A stretch of DNA of 64,000 nt from Anaeromyxobacteraceae bacterium (GCA_047602405.1 JASGHJ010000002.1:1504001-1568000); one strand, 5' to 3'. Shown: positions 1 through 10,760, counted from the first letter of the stretch. A program made the numbers and translations. Notes: generated from the letters alone by a model not told the origin.

Positions 1-1
1 C

Positions 2-613
2 GGGCTCACCCACCGCCGGGAGGCGCTCGGGCGGACCGCGGCGGAGCTGTTCCCGGCGCCGCTCGGGGAGGCGTACCTCGCGCAGGACCTCGCCGTGCTC
101 CGGGGCGGCGCCCCCATCGCCGACCTCCTCGAGCTGCACCTGTACCCGAACCGCGCCGAGGGGTTCTGCCTGACGAGCAAGGTGTGCCTGCGCGACGAGG
201 GCGGCGAGGTGATCGGGCTCGCCGGCATCTCCCGGGACGTGCACGAGCCGGGCCCCCCGCGCAGCGGGTCGGCGCTGGATCGCGAGGGGACCTTGCCCGG
301 GCTCGCCCGCGCCGTCCGGGAGCTGCAGGAGCGGTTCGATCGGCCCCTGCGCGTCGAGCGGCTCGCGGCGCTGGCGGGGCTCTCGCCCTGGCGGTTCTCG
401 CAGCGGATCCGGCGGCTCTTCGGGCTCACCCCGGCGCAGCTCCTCAAGAAGCGCCGCCTCGAGGCGGCCTGCGCGCTGCTCCGGGGCGGCGACCGGCCGG
501 TCGCGGAGATCGCGCTCGCCTGCGGCTACGGAGACCAGTCCGCGTTCACGCGCCAGTTCAAGGCGGTGGTGGGGCTCTCCCCGGTGCGGTACCGGGAGCG
601 GGCGCGGGGCTGA
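2..613 (+). CDS. AraC-family transcriptional regulator with N-terminal PAS-like domain (5' truncated by window edge)
   Basis: Open frame from base 2 (GLTHRREALGRTAAELFP...YLAQDLAV, PAS_4-like). C-terminal AraC HTH: LAALAGLSPWRFSQRIRRLFG and IALACGYGDQSAFTRQFKAVVGLSPVRYR. Confidence 0.9.
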   Translation, partial: GLTHRREALGRTAAELFPAPLGEAYLAQDLAVLRGGAPIADLLELHLYPNRAEGFCLTSKVCLRDEGGEVIGLAGISRDVHEPGPPRSGSALDREGTLPGLARAVRELQERFDRPLRVERLAALAGLSPWRFSQRIRRLFGLTPAQLLKKRRLEAACALLRGGDRPVAEIALACGYGDQSAFTRQFKAVVGLSPVRYRERARG

Positions 614-803
614 GACGAGGCCGGCTGCGTCCTCCCACGCCTCGTCACCCCACCGCGCTGGCCTTCACGACGCCGCTCCGCCAGAGGGCGCCTGCGGCTC
701 GGGGTCGCGGCGACGGTGCTCTTCTTCGGCGCTATGAAGCGAGACGCGCCGTTCCGTACGTGGTCGGGTGCTCCGCCGTGCGGACGTGGGAGGGGCCGTG
801 CCG

Positions 804-1298
804 ATGAGCGGACGTGTTCGTGAGCGGTTGCGCCCGGCGGGGCGCCTGGGCGCACTCTGCGCGGTGGCGGCGTGCCTCGTGGCGACGAGCACCACGCACC
901 CGACGACGCTCCCCGCGAGGTTCGAGGCGGCGACCTCCTGCGGTCCCTCGGGGACGATCGCGCTGCGTCCCGACGACTGCACGCATGGCTGCGGGCACTG
1001 TGGCGACGGCATCACCGTCGAGGGTGGCGCGGCGGTCGGCCTGCCCGGCGTCGGCGCGCTCGCGCCGCCGCGCGATGGCGAGGAGGCCGTGCCGCGCCTG
1101 GACTACCTCGCCCGGGGCCGGTTCATCCTCTCCGGCCTGCTCTCCCTCCCGGGCTCCGATCCCGCCGTGACCGTCGATCGGACCTGCACCGTGAAGGAGG
1201 AGGGCGCCGGCGCGCTCACCATCGCCTGCGGAGGTGACCCGCCCGAGCTGGCCACCTGCTCGGGCACGCTCACGCTCCTCCCGGAGGTGGTGCCGTGA
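804..1298 (+). CDS. Hypothetical Cys-rich exported protein
   Basis: ATG at 804 after GGAGGG, basic N-terminus then a hydrophobic stretch, many Cys. Stop overlaps next start (GTGA). Confidence 0.55.
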   Translation: MSGRVRERLRPAGRLGALCAVAACLVATSTTHPTTLPARFEAATSCGPSGTIALRPDDCTHGCGHCGDGITVEGGAAVGLPGVGALAPPRDGEEAVPRLDYLARGRFILSGLLSLPGSDPAVTVDRTCTVKEEGAGALTIACGGDPPELATCSGTLTLLPEVVP

Positions 1299-2386
1299 GC
1301 GCGGCGCGGTCCGCCGCGGCCGCGCTGGTCCTCGTCCTCTCCACGTCCGTCGCCCGGGCGCAGGAGCCGGCGGCGGGGGCGCGGCAGCCGGACGCGCCGC
1401 CGCTGGCCCGTCTTCGCGCCGAGCTCCACCTCTCCACCGGCGGGATGGACGGCCGGAGCGTGAGCGCGATCGGTGGAGAGCTCTCGGCGCGGGCCTCGGC
1501 GCTGGTCGTCGCGGTGGGCCTGGAGCACGACGGGGTGCCCCGGCCGCAGCCCGACTTCACCGACGTCTTCTTCCTCGGCGCCGGCCTCGCGCACGACCTC
1601 GGCCCGGACTGGTCCGTCCAGGCCCTTGCGGTGACCGGTGGGGCCCAGTTCCGGCTCCGCGACGTGTACGGCGCGCGCTGGGGAGACTGGGTCTGGGAGC
1701 CGTTCATCGGCCTCCGCCTGGACGGCTCGCTGCGCCTGCCCGAGTTCACCGCGGGCCTCCTGCGCCTGCGCCCCTTCGCCGGGCTCACGGCGACGGGCCT
1801 CCTCGTCAGCCGCGACGACGACACCTTCCGGCGCATCGCGTGGGGCGGACCGGCCCTGCTCGTCTCGGCGACCCTCGGGCTCGAGACGACCGGCTTCCTC
1901 CCGCCGCCGCTGGTGGAGCCGGAGCGACCGCCTCGCCGGTTCGGGTTCGCCGTGGAGCTCGCCGGGACCGGCGGAGGCGGGCGCCAGGGCGAGCTCGCGC
2001 CCGGCTGGCGCCTGTCGTGGCGAGGGGCCGGCGTGATGGTGCTCGCGAGCGCCGATTACCCGTTCGCCCCGGGGGTCGTCCACGGCCGGGCCCTCGGCGG
2101 GGTCGGGCTCGTCCGACCGATCGGTCACTTCGACGGCTACGCGCTCGTGCTCGGGGGGGTGGACTACGTCTCGGCCGACGTCCGCGACCCGCCCACCGAG
2201 CGCGAGCTCCTGGCGGTCGGCCTGCGGGCGGGCCTGGAGCGGTTCCCGGTCCGGCACGGGGTCGCGCTCGTGTACGGCTTCGCGCTCTCGGTGCTCGTCG
2301 AGCAGTCCGAGCGCGACGAGCGGATCGGGCACAGGGTGGGAGGCGTCCTCGCGCTCGCGTCCGTCTCCCTCGGGCTCGGGCTGTGA
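1295..2386 (+). CDS. Hypothetical exported protein, probable outer-membrane beta-barrel
   Basis: Signal peptide (SVARA-QE), alternating amphipathic beta-strand pattern, coupled to upstream ORF. Confidence 0.6.
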   Translation: MSAARSAAAALVLVLSTSVARAQEPAAGARQPDAPPLARLRAELHLSTGGMDGRSVSAIGGELSARASALVVAVGLEHDGVPRPQPDFTDVFFLGAGLAHDLGPDWSVQALAVTGGAQFRLRDVYGARWGDWVWEPFIGLRLDGSLRLPEFTAGLLRLRPFAGLTATGLLVSRDDDTFRRIAWGGPALLVSATLGLETTGFLPPPLVEPERPPRRFGFAVELAGTGGGGRQGELAPGWRLSWRGAGVMVLASADYPFAPGVVHGRALGGVGLVRPIGHFDGYALVLGGVDYVSADVRDPPTERELLAVGLRAGLERFPVRHGVALVYGFALSVLVEQSERDERIGHRVGGVLALASVSLGLGL

Positions 2387-2408
2387 GGCGTGAGCGGGAG
2401 CTGCGCCG

Positions 2409-3255
2409 TCAGGCCCCCGGGGTGCGCATGGCGCGTGCGCGCGCCATGACGAGCGCCGGGGCGATCGTCCGCCACGCGGTCGCCGCGAGCACGACGGCGC
2501 CGCCGAGGAGCGCCCAGGGGCCGGGGCGTTCACCCGTGGCGAGGTAGGTCCAGACCGGGTTCAGGATGGGCTCGAGCAGCACGAGCAGCGCGCCCTCGAC
2601 CGCCGGGGTCGCGGTGATGCCGCGGGTGAAGACGAGGTACGAGACCCCGAGCTGGAAGACGCCCAGGTAGCCCACGAGCGCGAGGTCGAGGCCGGTCGGG
2701 GACGGGCCCGCGCCGAAGGGCAGCGCGATCGCGGCGGCGAGGAGGTTGCCCCAGGCCAGGGAGGCCGGTCCGTCCTCGCGGAGCTTGCGGAGGCCCACGA
2801 TGGTGAACGCGAAGGCGACGCCGGAGGCGAGCGCGACGAGGTTCCCGGTGAGCTGGCCCCCGGAGAGCTCGTCCAGGAAGAACATGGACAGGCCGATCGC
2901 ATAGACCGGCACCGCCAGGAGCTCGCCGCGGGTGGGGCGCTCGCCGAGGAGGAGCGGCGAGAGGAGCAGCACCCAGAGCGGCGCGATGTCCTGGATGAAG
3001 ATCGCGTTCGCCGCGGTGGTGAGCTTCGTCGCGTTGACGAAGAGGACCACCGTGAAGGCGTAGGCGATCGAGACCAGGAGGACGGTCCGGGTCGGGCGGC
3101 GGCGGGTCGCCGGGACCGCGAGCAGCAGGAACACGCCGGCCACGAGCGAGCGGCCGCCGGCGATCTGCCAGCCGTCGAGGGCGCAGCGCTTGATGGCCGC
3201 GCCGGCGGTGGACCAGAGGAGCGCGGCGAGGAGGATTCTGGAGGCGGGGCTTCAC
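2409..3255 (-). CDS. EamA/DMT-family transporter (apparent +1 frameshift at ~3236)
   Basis: Multi-TM EamA repeat (ILLAALLWSTAG...; LLEPILNPVW). GTG start at 3255 joins the frame if GATTC at 3234-3238 is read as GATC. Confidence 0.85.
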
Positions 3256-3272
3256 GAGGGGGCGGGAGCCTA

Positions 3273-4400
3273 CTACGCCGTCACCCAGTCGCGCAGCACC
3301 GCGTCGATCTGCTCCTCGGAGAGCTCGCCCTTGTCGGCGAGCTCCTTGATCTGCCGGGTCAGCGCCTTGAGCTCGTGCTCGCCGAAGGTGATGCCCATCT
3401 CGCGGGCCCGGTAGGCGATGGCGTGCTTGCCGGTGAGCCGGCTGCCGACGATGAGCCTGCGGGTCAGGCCGAACGCCTCGGGCGGGATGACCTCGTACGA
3501 CCCGGGGTTCGTGGTCATGGCCTTGAGGTGCATGCCGGCCTTGTGGCTGAACGCGGTGTCGCCGGTGACCGGGTTGTTGAACGGGATCTCGATCCCGCAC
3601 ACCCGGGCGACGAGCCGCTCGAGCTCGCGGAGCTGGCCGAGCCGGTAGCGCTCGCCGACCCGCTGCGGCTCCACCGAGAAGAGCCGGGCGATCATGCCGC
3701 CGAGCGGCACGATGCCGTTCCGCTCGCCGATGCCGAGCACCGACACGTCCACGTGCGTCGCCCCCGCGGCGAGCGCCTCGTAGGCGTTCGCGACGGAGCA
3801 GCGGGTGTCGTCGTGGCCGTGGAAGCCGATGTCGCAGCGCACCGCGCTCCGCACCTCGCGCACGAGCGCGTAGACCTGGCGCGGGGTCGCGATGCCGACG
3901 GTGTCGGCGATCCCCACCCGGTGGACGCCGAGCTTCTCGGCGGCCCGGTAGACCGCGAGGAGGTCTGCGACGTCGGTGCGGAAGGCGTCCTCGGCGGAGA
4001 AGCGGACCTCGAGCCCGGCGGCGAGGGCGGCCTCCACCGGCGGGCCGATCGCGTCGATGATCTGCTGGATCGACTTGCCGTGCGACGACTCCCGGAGGAT
4101 GCGGCTCGTCGCGAAGAAGAGGCCGATGCCGCGGACGCCGGTGTCGAGCGCGGTCCGCACGTCGTCGAGGAGGCAGCGGGAGTGCGTGATGATCCGGGCG
4201 TGCAGCCCGAGCTTCACGATCGCGGCGAGGTCGCGCTGCGACTGGGGGGAGGCCGCCGGGGAGGTGACCTCGATGTAGTCGACGCCGAAGGTGTCGAGGG
4301 CGCGGGCGATCTCGAGCTTGTCCTCGAGGCGGAAGCTCGCCTTGGCGAACTGCTCGCCCTCGCGCAGCGTCGTGTCGATGAGCTTCCAGGAGCGGAGCAT
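3273..4400 (-). CDS. Homocitrate synthase (Thermus/Deinococcus Lys20-type, DRE-TIM family)
   Basis: [22 protein letters not shown] and [12 protein letters not shown] motifs; ~375 aa without LeuA regulatory domain; C-terminus ...LRDWVTA resembles T. thermophilus HCS as I recall it. Confidence 0.85.
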   Translation of the reverse strand: MLRSWKLIDTTLREGEQFAKASFRLEDKLEIARALDTFGVDYIEVTSPAASPQSQRDLAAIVKLGLHARIITHSRCLLDDVRTALDTGVRGIGLFFATSRILRESSHGKSIQQIIDAIGPPVEAALAAGLEVRFSAEDAFRTDVADLLAVYRAAEKLGVHRVGIADTVGIATPRQVYALVREVRSAVRCDIGFHGHDDTRCSVANAYEALAAGATHVDVSVLGIGERNGIVPLGGMIARLFSVEPQRVGERYRLGQLRELERLVARVCGIEIPFNNPVTGDTAFSHKAGMHLKAMTTNPGSYEVIPPEAFGLTRRLIVGSRLTGKHAIAYRAREMGITFGEHELKALTRQIKELADKGELSEEQIDAVLRDWVTA

Positions 4401-4421
4401 GCGGTCTCTTTTGTCGGTTCC

Positions 4422-7400
4422 TTAAGCGACCCCGAAGACCTCCGCCCCGAGATCGCGCACGAGCCCGCCGGAGAGCGGGTCCGCGCGGAAGCCGAAGCGG
4501 CGCAGGTACTCCGGGTGGAAGAAGCCGGTGCCCAGCTGGCGGTAGTACCGGGCACGCAGGCGCCGGGCGAACTCCCGCATCAGCCCGTCGGCCACCCCCT
4601 TGCCGCGGTGCCGGCGGGCGACCACGAGCTTGTCCATGTGGGCGCGCTCCGGGCTGACCTGGTGCCAGTAGATGCCGCCGATGCAGACGTCCTTCGCGTC
4701 GATGGCGAGCAGGAACTCGTGCTCGGCGGTGAAGGTGGGCTGCAGGTTGGACTCGTGAAAGATGCCCAGCAGCTTCGAGACCTCGCGCGGGGACGCGGGC
4801 GCGCGCACGACGTAGCGGTTGCCCTCCTCGTCGATGAGGCCGGTGACGACCTCGGCGACGAGGTGGCCGCCGGAGGGGACCGCGAGGAGCGTGACGTCGT
4901 CGCCGGGCGCGAGGTAGCGGTAGGTCATGCGGGCGAGGAAGTAGTCCTCGTCGGGCCCGGTGCGGATGGCGGCCCGCACCTGGGCGACCTGCTCGGCGAG
5001 CTCGCCGCCCGCGTGCAGCGCGCGGGCGCGGGACATCAGGCGGTCGAGCGAGGTGCCGAGCTCGGGCCGGGCGTCGGCGAACACGGTCATGCGGAAGAAG
5101 CGGATGCGCGTGTCCGGCCACGCCTCCTCGAGGTCGGCGAGGTGGTAGGTGTCCCACAGCTCGAGCAGCATCCGGCCCTGCGCCTCCACCGTCGCGCCCG
5201 GCGCGGCGGAGAGCCAGCGGCGGAAGCGGCGCGCGGCGAAGCGGACCCGGTGCGGGGTGAAGCCCTTCTCGGGCAAGGCGTCGAGGAACTGCCGGATCTT
5301 CGCCTCGCGCTTCGACCCGGGCGCGGAGAGCTCGAGGAGCGCGGTCCCGCGCTCGAGGCCGAGCGCCTCGACGACCGCCTCGCAGGCCTCGCGCGGCTCG
5401 AGCTCGTCGCGCAGCGCCGGGTGCGCCGACTCGATCGCCCCGCGGAAAGTGTCGTCGAAGCGGTCGAGGAGGTCGTCGAGGGTCCTGCAGGTCGAGCGGT
5501 CGGAGACCGAGAAGAAGCCGGGCGCCCACCTGGTAGTCGTGCGACGGCACGACGAACGCCGCGGGCGAGGGCTCGCGGAGCGCGAGCATCCGCCCGGCGC
5601 GGTCCCAGAAGAGGACGTGCAGCTCGAGCGCGGTGCGCACCCAGAACGGCCAGAGCGGCGCGAGCCGGCTGGCCTCCCCCTGCGCGGTGATGCGGCCGAT
5701 CTGCTGCTGCACGGTGAGGCCCGGCACGTACTCGGAGGTGAAGATGCCCCACTCCGAGAAGTAGCCGCCGAACGCCTCCACGAGGGAGGGCGGCGCGCCC
5801 GCGGCGAGCAGCCAGGAGATCTCCCGGCGCAGCTCGGCGAAGCTCATGCCCTCGGCGGAGTGCAGGGCGAGATCGAAGGTCTCGCGCGAGCGGGTGGTGA
5901 GCGTGAGCCGGTAGACCGCGATGCCGTGGTGGCGGCCGAGGAGGCTCACCGACGCGCCGCCGGGCGGGAGGTCGGCGAGGGAGAGCAGGACGCCCTTGCC
6001 GAGCAGGAACACCGAGGCCCGCACCACGGTGGCGTCCTCGAGGGCCTGCTGGAGCTGCATGCGCGCCTCGGCGGGCACCGAGGGGTCGAAGGTGAGGACG
6101 TCGCTCCAGCCGTACTCCTCGCCGGTGGCGGGATCGATCGCGAGCCGGAGGTTCGGCCCCACCCAGTTCGCGAAGCCGCGGCGCAGCCGGTCGACCTCCT
6201 CGGCGGCCCGCGCGGCGATCTCGGCGTCGTCGTGGAGGCTGAGGCGCGCGAGCGGGACGCGCACCGGCGCGAAGTGCACCGGGTGGGCGATGGCGGTCGC
6301 GGTGAGGATCCGCATCGCGCCGACGAGCACCCGCCGGTCGCTCGGCGACGACGGCGGCCCGGCCACCGCCTCGGCGGCGAGGTGCGCGAGCAGGGCGTGG
6401 ATCAGCGGCTCGGGCAGCCCGCGCTCGCCCAGCAGGGCGAGGTCCTCGTCGCGGAGCGCGATCGGCCCCATGCGGTCGAGGTAGCGGCGCAGCGTGCCGA
6501 CCGCCTCGCCGGGGTCCTCGCCCGGGAAGAGCACCCGGAACGCCCGCCGGCGCACGTCCTCGTCCGGCGCGTCGGTCCCGCGCCGGAGCGCGGCCCGGCA
6601 CAGCGCCGCGACGTCGGCCTGCGGGCTCGAGAGCCCGTGCGCGAGGTGCGCGACCGCCCTGCGGGCCTCGGGCCGCTCCGCGCGCAGGAGCTCGGCCGCG
6701 GCGTGGATCGAGCGGAGGGTGACCTCCGGCGCCTCGACCACCTCGAGGAGCTCGGCGGCGCGCTCGGAGGCGGGCGCGCGCCAGGCGCGGGGGTCGAGCC
6801 GCAGGGCCGCGCCGCCGCGCCGCCTGCGGCCGGCGAGCGCGTCGAACGCCTCGTCGCCGAGGAACCGCGCGAAGCCGGCGTTGCCGACCCAGAGCGCGGG
6901 CTGGGAGGCGAGCACGCCGAGATCGAGCGGGGCCCCGGCGCCCTCGTAGGCGAGGTCGCCCGCCCGGACGGCGCCGGGCGCGTCGGGGTCAGGGCCGGCG
7001 TCGAGCACGCGCTCGCGCGCGATCACCCGGGTGCCCTCCACCCGCACCTCGTGCTGGAGCACCCCCATCTCGCGCAGCAGCCAGTTCGGCAGCTTCAGCG
7101 TCACGCCCTCGACCGAGAGGGTGAGCTGGCGCTGCTCGTACATGCGGTCGATGAGCTCCTTCCAGTTCTTCTCGACCACCTCGCGCTTGTAGGTGAGCTT
7201 GTGGGTGAGCTCGCCGTGCTCGGCGTCGAGCGCCCGCGGCAGGATCTGGAACGCGACCACGCGCTCGTACGGCGCGAGGAACCGGTTCGCGCTCGCCACC
7301 ATCGAGGAGACGAGCGCGCGCACCGCCTCCGGCGCGCTCGCCTTCACCGCCGGGGACTCCGGGTTCGGCCAGACGAGCAGGGTGTTGTACTCCCGGTGAT

Positions 7401-9069
7401 CGCCCACCAGGAACGCCTGGGAGAGGGCCTCGAAGTCGCGGAAGAGGTTCTCCACGCGCGCCGGCGCGATCGTCTGGCCCTGGCGGTTCTTGTAGATCTC
7501 CTTCTTGCGCCCGACGATCCGGAAGTGGCCGGCGGGGTCGAGGGTGACGAGATCGCCGGTCGCGAACCAGCCGCCGGCGTCGACGCCCTGGTCGTCGGGC
7601 CCCGGCCGGTGGTAGCCGGGCGAGACGTACGGCCCGCGCACGAGCAGCTCGCCGTCGTCGGCGCGGCGGCACTCGACGCCGGGGAGCGCCACGCCAATCG
7701 AGTCGTCGGCGTACTCGCCGGGCGGGGTCATGGTGATGCCGCCGGTCGCTTCCGTCATGCCGTAGCCGGAGCAGAGCTGCACGCCGGCCCGGTGGAAGCC
7801 GCGGAAGATGACCGGGTCGAGGTAGCCCGCGGCGGAGAGGCCGAAGCGCAGCCGGCCGCCGGTGAGGACCTTCAGCGCGGCCGCCACCTCGTCGGGATCG
7901 TCGGTCGCGGCCGCGGCGGTGGCCGACTCGTGGAGCTCGATCCACTTCTTCGGCACCGAGATGAAGATCGTGGGCCGGACCCGCCGGAAGTCCTCGAGGA
8001 GCGAGGCCTGGGCCGGCGAGCGCGCGAAGACGTAGGTCGCGCCCCAGAACAGCGTCCCGAGCATCTCCAGCCACCGGCCGAACGTGTGGTAGAGCGGCAG
8101 GTACGCGAGGAAGACGTCGCCCTCGCCGACCTCCGGCAGGGCGAAGGCGCGGCAGAAGCGCTTCGAGACGAGGTTCTCGTGGGTGAAGACGATGCCCTTC
8201 GAGCGCCCGGTCGTCCCCGACGTGTACATCACCGTCGCGACGTCCCCGATCCGGACCGACGCCGCGCGCTCCGCGCGCGCCTCGTCGTCGTAGTCGGCGC
8301 CCTGGCTCACCATCTGGTCGAGCGAGAGGAGCCCGTTCCGCTCGGCGGCGGGGCCGGAGAGCACCACGATCTGCTCGAGCTCGGGCAGGGCCGGGAGCGA
8401 GGGCAGCACCTTCGCGACCTGCTCGTCGTCGGACGCGAGGAGGATCCGCGCGCCCGAGTGCTTCAGCATCTCGACCACCTGCTCCGCGACGGCGTTCGCG
8501 GGCAGCTGGAAGACGACGATGCCGTTCGTGAGGCAGGCGAGGTCGCAGAGCGCAGGCGCGAGGCCGTTGTCGGCGAGGATCGCGACCGTCGTCTCCCGGG
8601 CGCCGCCGCCGAGGGCCAGGATGCCGCGCGCGATCGCGCGGGTCCGGCGGGCGACCTCCGCCACCGTGACGTCCACGCCGCCCTGGCCGAGCACGCGGAA
8701 CGCGACCGTGCGCGGGTCGGACTCCTCCCGCGCGCGCAGGAGCGCCCCCACGGTGTGGTCGGTCCTCCGGATCGCCTCGAGCACGATCGCGACCCACGGC
8801 TCCACGGCGGAGGGCACGAGCCGTCCGAGGAAGGCGCGCCGCCGGACGGCGTCGAGCAGGCCGCCCAGGGCGCGGCGCGCGGCGTCCCCGCGGCCGGGGT
8901 CGGCGGTCCACGCGAGCAGCGCCGTCACGAGGGGGCGCAACCCGTCGAGCTCCTCGGGGGCCACCGCGGCGAGCGCGGCGCGCGTCGCCTCCACGTCCGC
9001 GCGGGTCGGCTCGCCCTGCCAGGCGCGCAGGAGGGGCTCGAAGTGCGTCTCGGGTCCCGGGTGGAGCAT
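4422..9069 (-). CDS. Large multidomain protein: long-chain acyl-CoA ligase (AMP-binding) + helical region + kinase-like fold + C-terminal GNAT; ~1548 aa after correcting a +1 frameshift at ~5515
   Basis: YTSGTTGRSKG, GYGMTE, WFATGD and GRKKEIY adenylation motifs; GNAT motif A (LVVARRHRGKGVA). Span is 3n+1 and the frames join at GAAGAAGC 5511-5518. Confidence 0.8.
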
Positions 9070-9182
9070 GCGTCGAGGTAAGCACGGAACACCTGCGAAG
9101 TCGACGCGCGTCTACCCGGTTGGGGCCTGCGGCGAACTCTGCTGGCTCGACGCGGGGTTCCGCGACAAGGAACCGCCCGCAA

Positions 9183-9801
9183 GTGAACGCTCCGCCTCCC
9201 ACCGCCGGCCTCGGGGCCATCGTGCTCGCCTCCGATCCGGTGCCGTCGATCGGGCTGCCGCGCGGCCTCGCGGAGGTGGACGGCGAACCGCTCGTGCGGC
9301 GCGCGGCGCGCACCGCGGTCGACGCGGGGCTGTGGCCGGTGGTCGTGGTGGTCGGCGACGCGGGGGATCGCGTCCGCTCGGTGCTCGCCGGCATGCCGCT
9401 CGTCACGGTGCGCGACACCGCGTGCCGGGCGAGCGCGATCCGGGCGGGCCTCAAGAGGCTCAAGGTCTGCTGCCCCGACCTCCGGGGCACGTTCGTCATG
9501 GGCTGCGACCCGCCGTTCGCCGACGAGCACCACCTCGACGCGCTCGCCGCGGCCACCGCGCGGGAGGGGAAGCCCATCGCGGCCTCCTCGGTCGCGGGCG
9601 CGTTCGCCGGGCCGGCGGTCGTGCTCGCCGAGGCCTTCGAGGAGCTCGCGGCGCTCTCCGGCGACGACGGCGCGGCCGAGCTCGCCGCCGGGCACCGCGC
9701 CCGCGTCGCGGAGGTGCCGCTCGATTGCGCGACGGCGGCGCCCCGGGGCCGGCACGAGGGCCCCACCGAGAGCGGTGCGGGCGGGCCGGACGCGACGTTA
9801 A
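9183..9801 (+). CDS. MocA/MobA-like nucleotidyltransferase-family protein (degenerate); as sequenced it reads through into the next gene
   Basis: GAIVLA..., LAEVDGEPLVRRAARTA, VVVVVG, SAIRAGL, MGCDPPF and LAALSGDDGA match the NTP_transf_3 pattern. A TAA at 9799-9801 lies in the +1 frame, so the end is uncertain. Confidence 0.65.
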
Positions 9802-9812
9802 GAAGGGGTGGC

Positions 9813-10337
9813 ATGGGTCTGTCGGTGGTCGGCAAGGCGCACGAGGCGGGGGCGGGCGGCCCGTTCACGTGGTTCGTCTACGGGTCGTCGCTCGACCGGG
9901 GCTCGTTCGAGTCCTGGGCGCGGGATCACGGGTACGAGGTGCCGTCGTTCCAGGGCGCCCGCCCGGCGGTGCTCCGCGGGTTCCGCCTCGCCTTCGACGT
10001 GGCCTCGCGGTCCTGGGGCGGCGCGGTGGCGAGCCTCGCGGAGTCGCCCGGCGATCACGTCGAGGGGCTCGCGGTGCCGATGCCCGGGCTCTCGCGCGGC
10101 CTCGTGGAGCACAAGGAGGGCGTCATCTCCGGGCTCTACACGGCCTTCCCGGTGACGCTCGAGCCGGTGGGCGGCGGCGCCTCCATCGCGGCGATCGCGT
10201 TCCGCGCGGCCGAGTCCCGCCGGCTGCCGGTCGAGGGGCGGCCCGTGCCCGCGTACCTCGAGGCGATCGTGCGGGGCGCCGCGTCGGCCGGCCTCTCGAA
10301 GGCCTGGGTCGACCGCCTCGGCTCGCTCGGCCGGTAG
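9813..10337 (+). CDS. Gamma-glutamylcyclotransferase (GGCT/AIG2-like) family protein
   Basis: WFVYGSSLD, PAVLRGFRLAF, VEGLA, HKEG and AYLEAIVRGA motifs; ATG at 9813 after AAGGGG. Confidence 0.8.
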   Translation: MGLSVVGKAHEAGAGGPFTWFVYGSSLDRGSFESWARDHGYEVPSFQGARPAVLRGFRLAFDVASRSWGGAVASLAESPGDHVEGLAVPMPGLSRGLVEHKEGVISGLYTAFPVTLEPVGGGASIAAIAFRAAESRRLPVEGRPVPAYLEAIVRGAASAGLSKAWVDRLGSLGR

Positions 10338-10449
10338 CGGCCGCGCGCAGCAGATGGCCCCCGCGCTCGATATCACCGCCTCGCGGCGCGGGGCCGGCCT
10401 CGCCGCCGGAGGTTCGTGGTATGGGACCTCCGGGGGGAACGTCGCGCTC

Positions 10450-10752
10450 ATGGATCCACTCGGCCACATCGCGCCCGGCCGGCTCTCGGAGCGGCTCGAG
10501 GAGGGCCTGCGGGGGCACCACCTGCTCTTCGAGGCCGAGGCGATCCGCGAGGCGTTCGCGAACCCGGACCACGTGGTCTCGAAGGACGAGGCCGACGAGC
10601 TCGGGCGCGTCCTGCTCGCGATCTGCAAGGAGCCGCTCGCGGAGGCGCGCACCGCGGTCGACGGGCTCACGCCGCAGATCCGGACCTCCCTCATCCGCCT
10701 CTACTTCCGGCTCCTGCAGCGGGCCGAGGAGGAGCGCGGGCAGAAGCACTGA
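10450..10752 (+). CDS. Hypothetical small helical protein
   Basis: Clean codon usage, 100 aa, GGGGG/GA upstream of ATG. Confidence 0.65.
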   Translation: MDPLGHIAPGRLSERLEEGLRGHHLLFEAEAIREAFANPDHVVSKDEADELGRVLLAICKEPLAEARTAVDGLTPQIRTSLIRLYFRLLQRAEEERGQKH

Positions 10753-10760
10753 ACTTCACG

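Noticed and set aside
3273..4400. NifV or LeuA assignment for the DRE-TIM enzyme
   Set aside because: No nif context, no LeuA regulatory domain, and the motifs fit the Lys20-type HCS better.
2530..9069. 2179-aa ORF in the supplied track
   Set aside because: After ~5515 it is off-frame read-through over the GNAT half, HCS and DMT genes.
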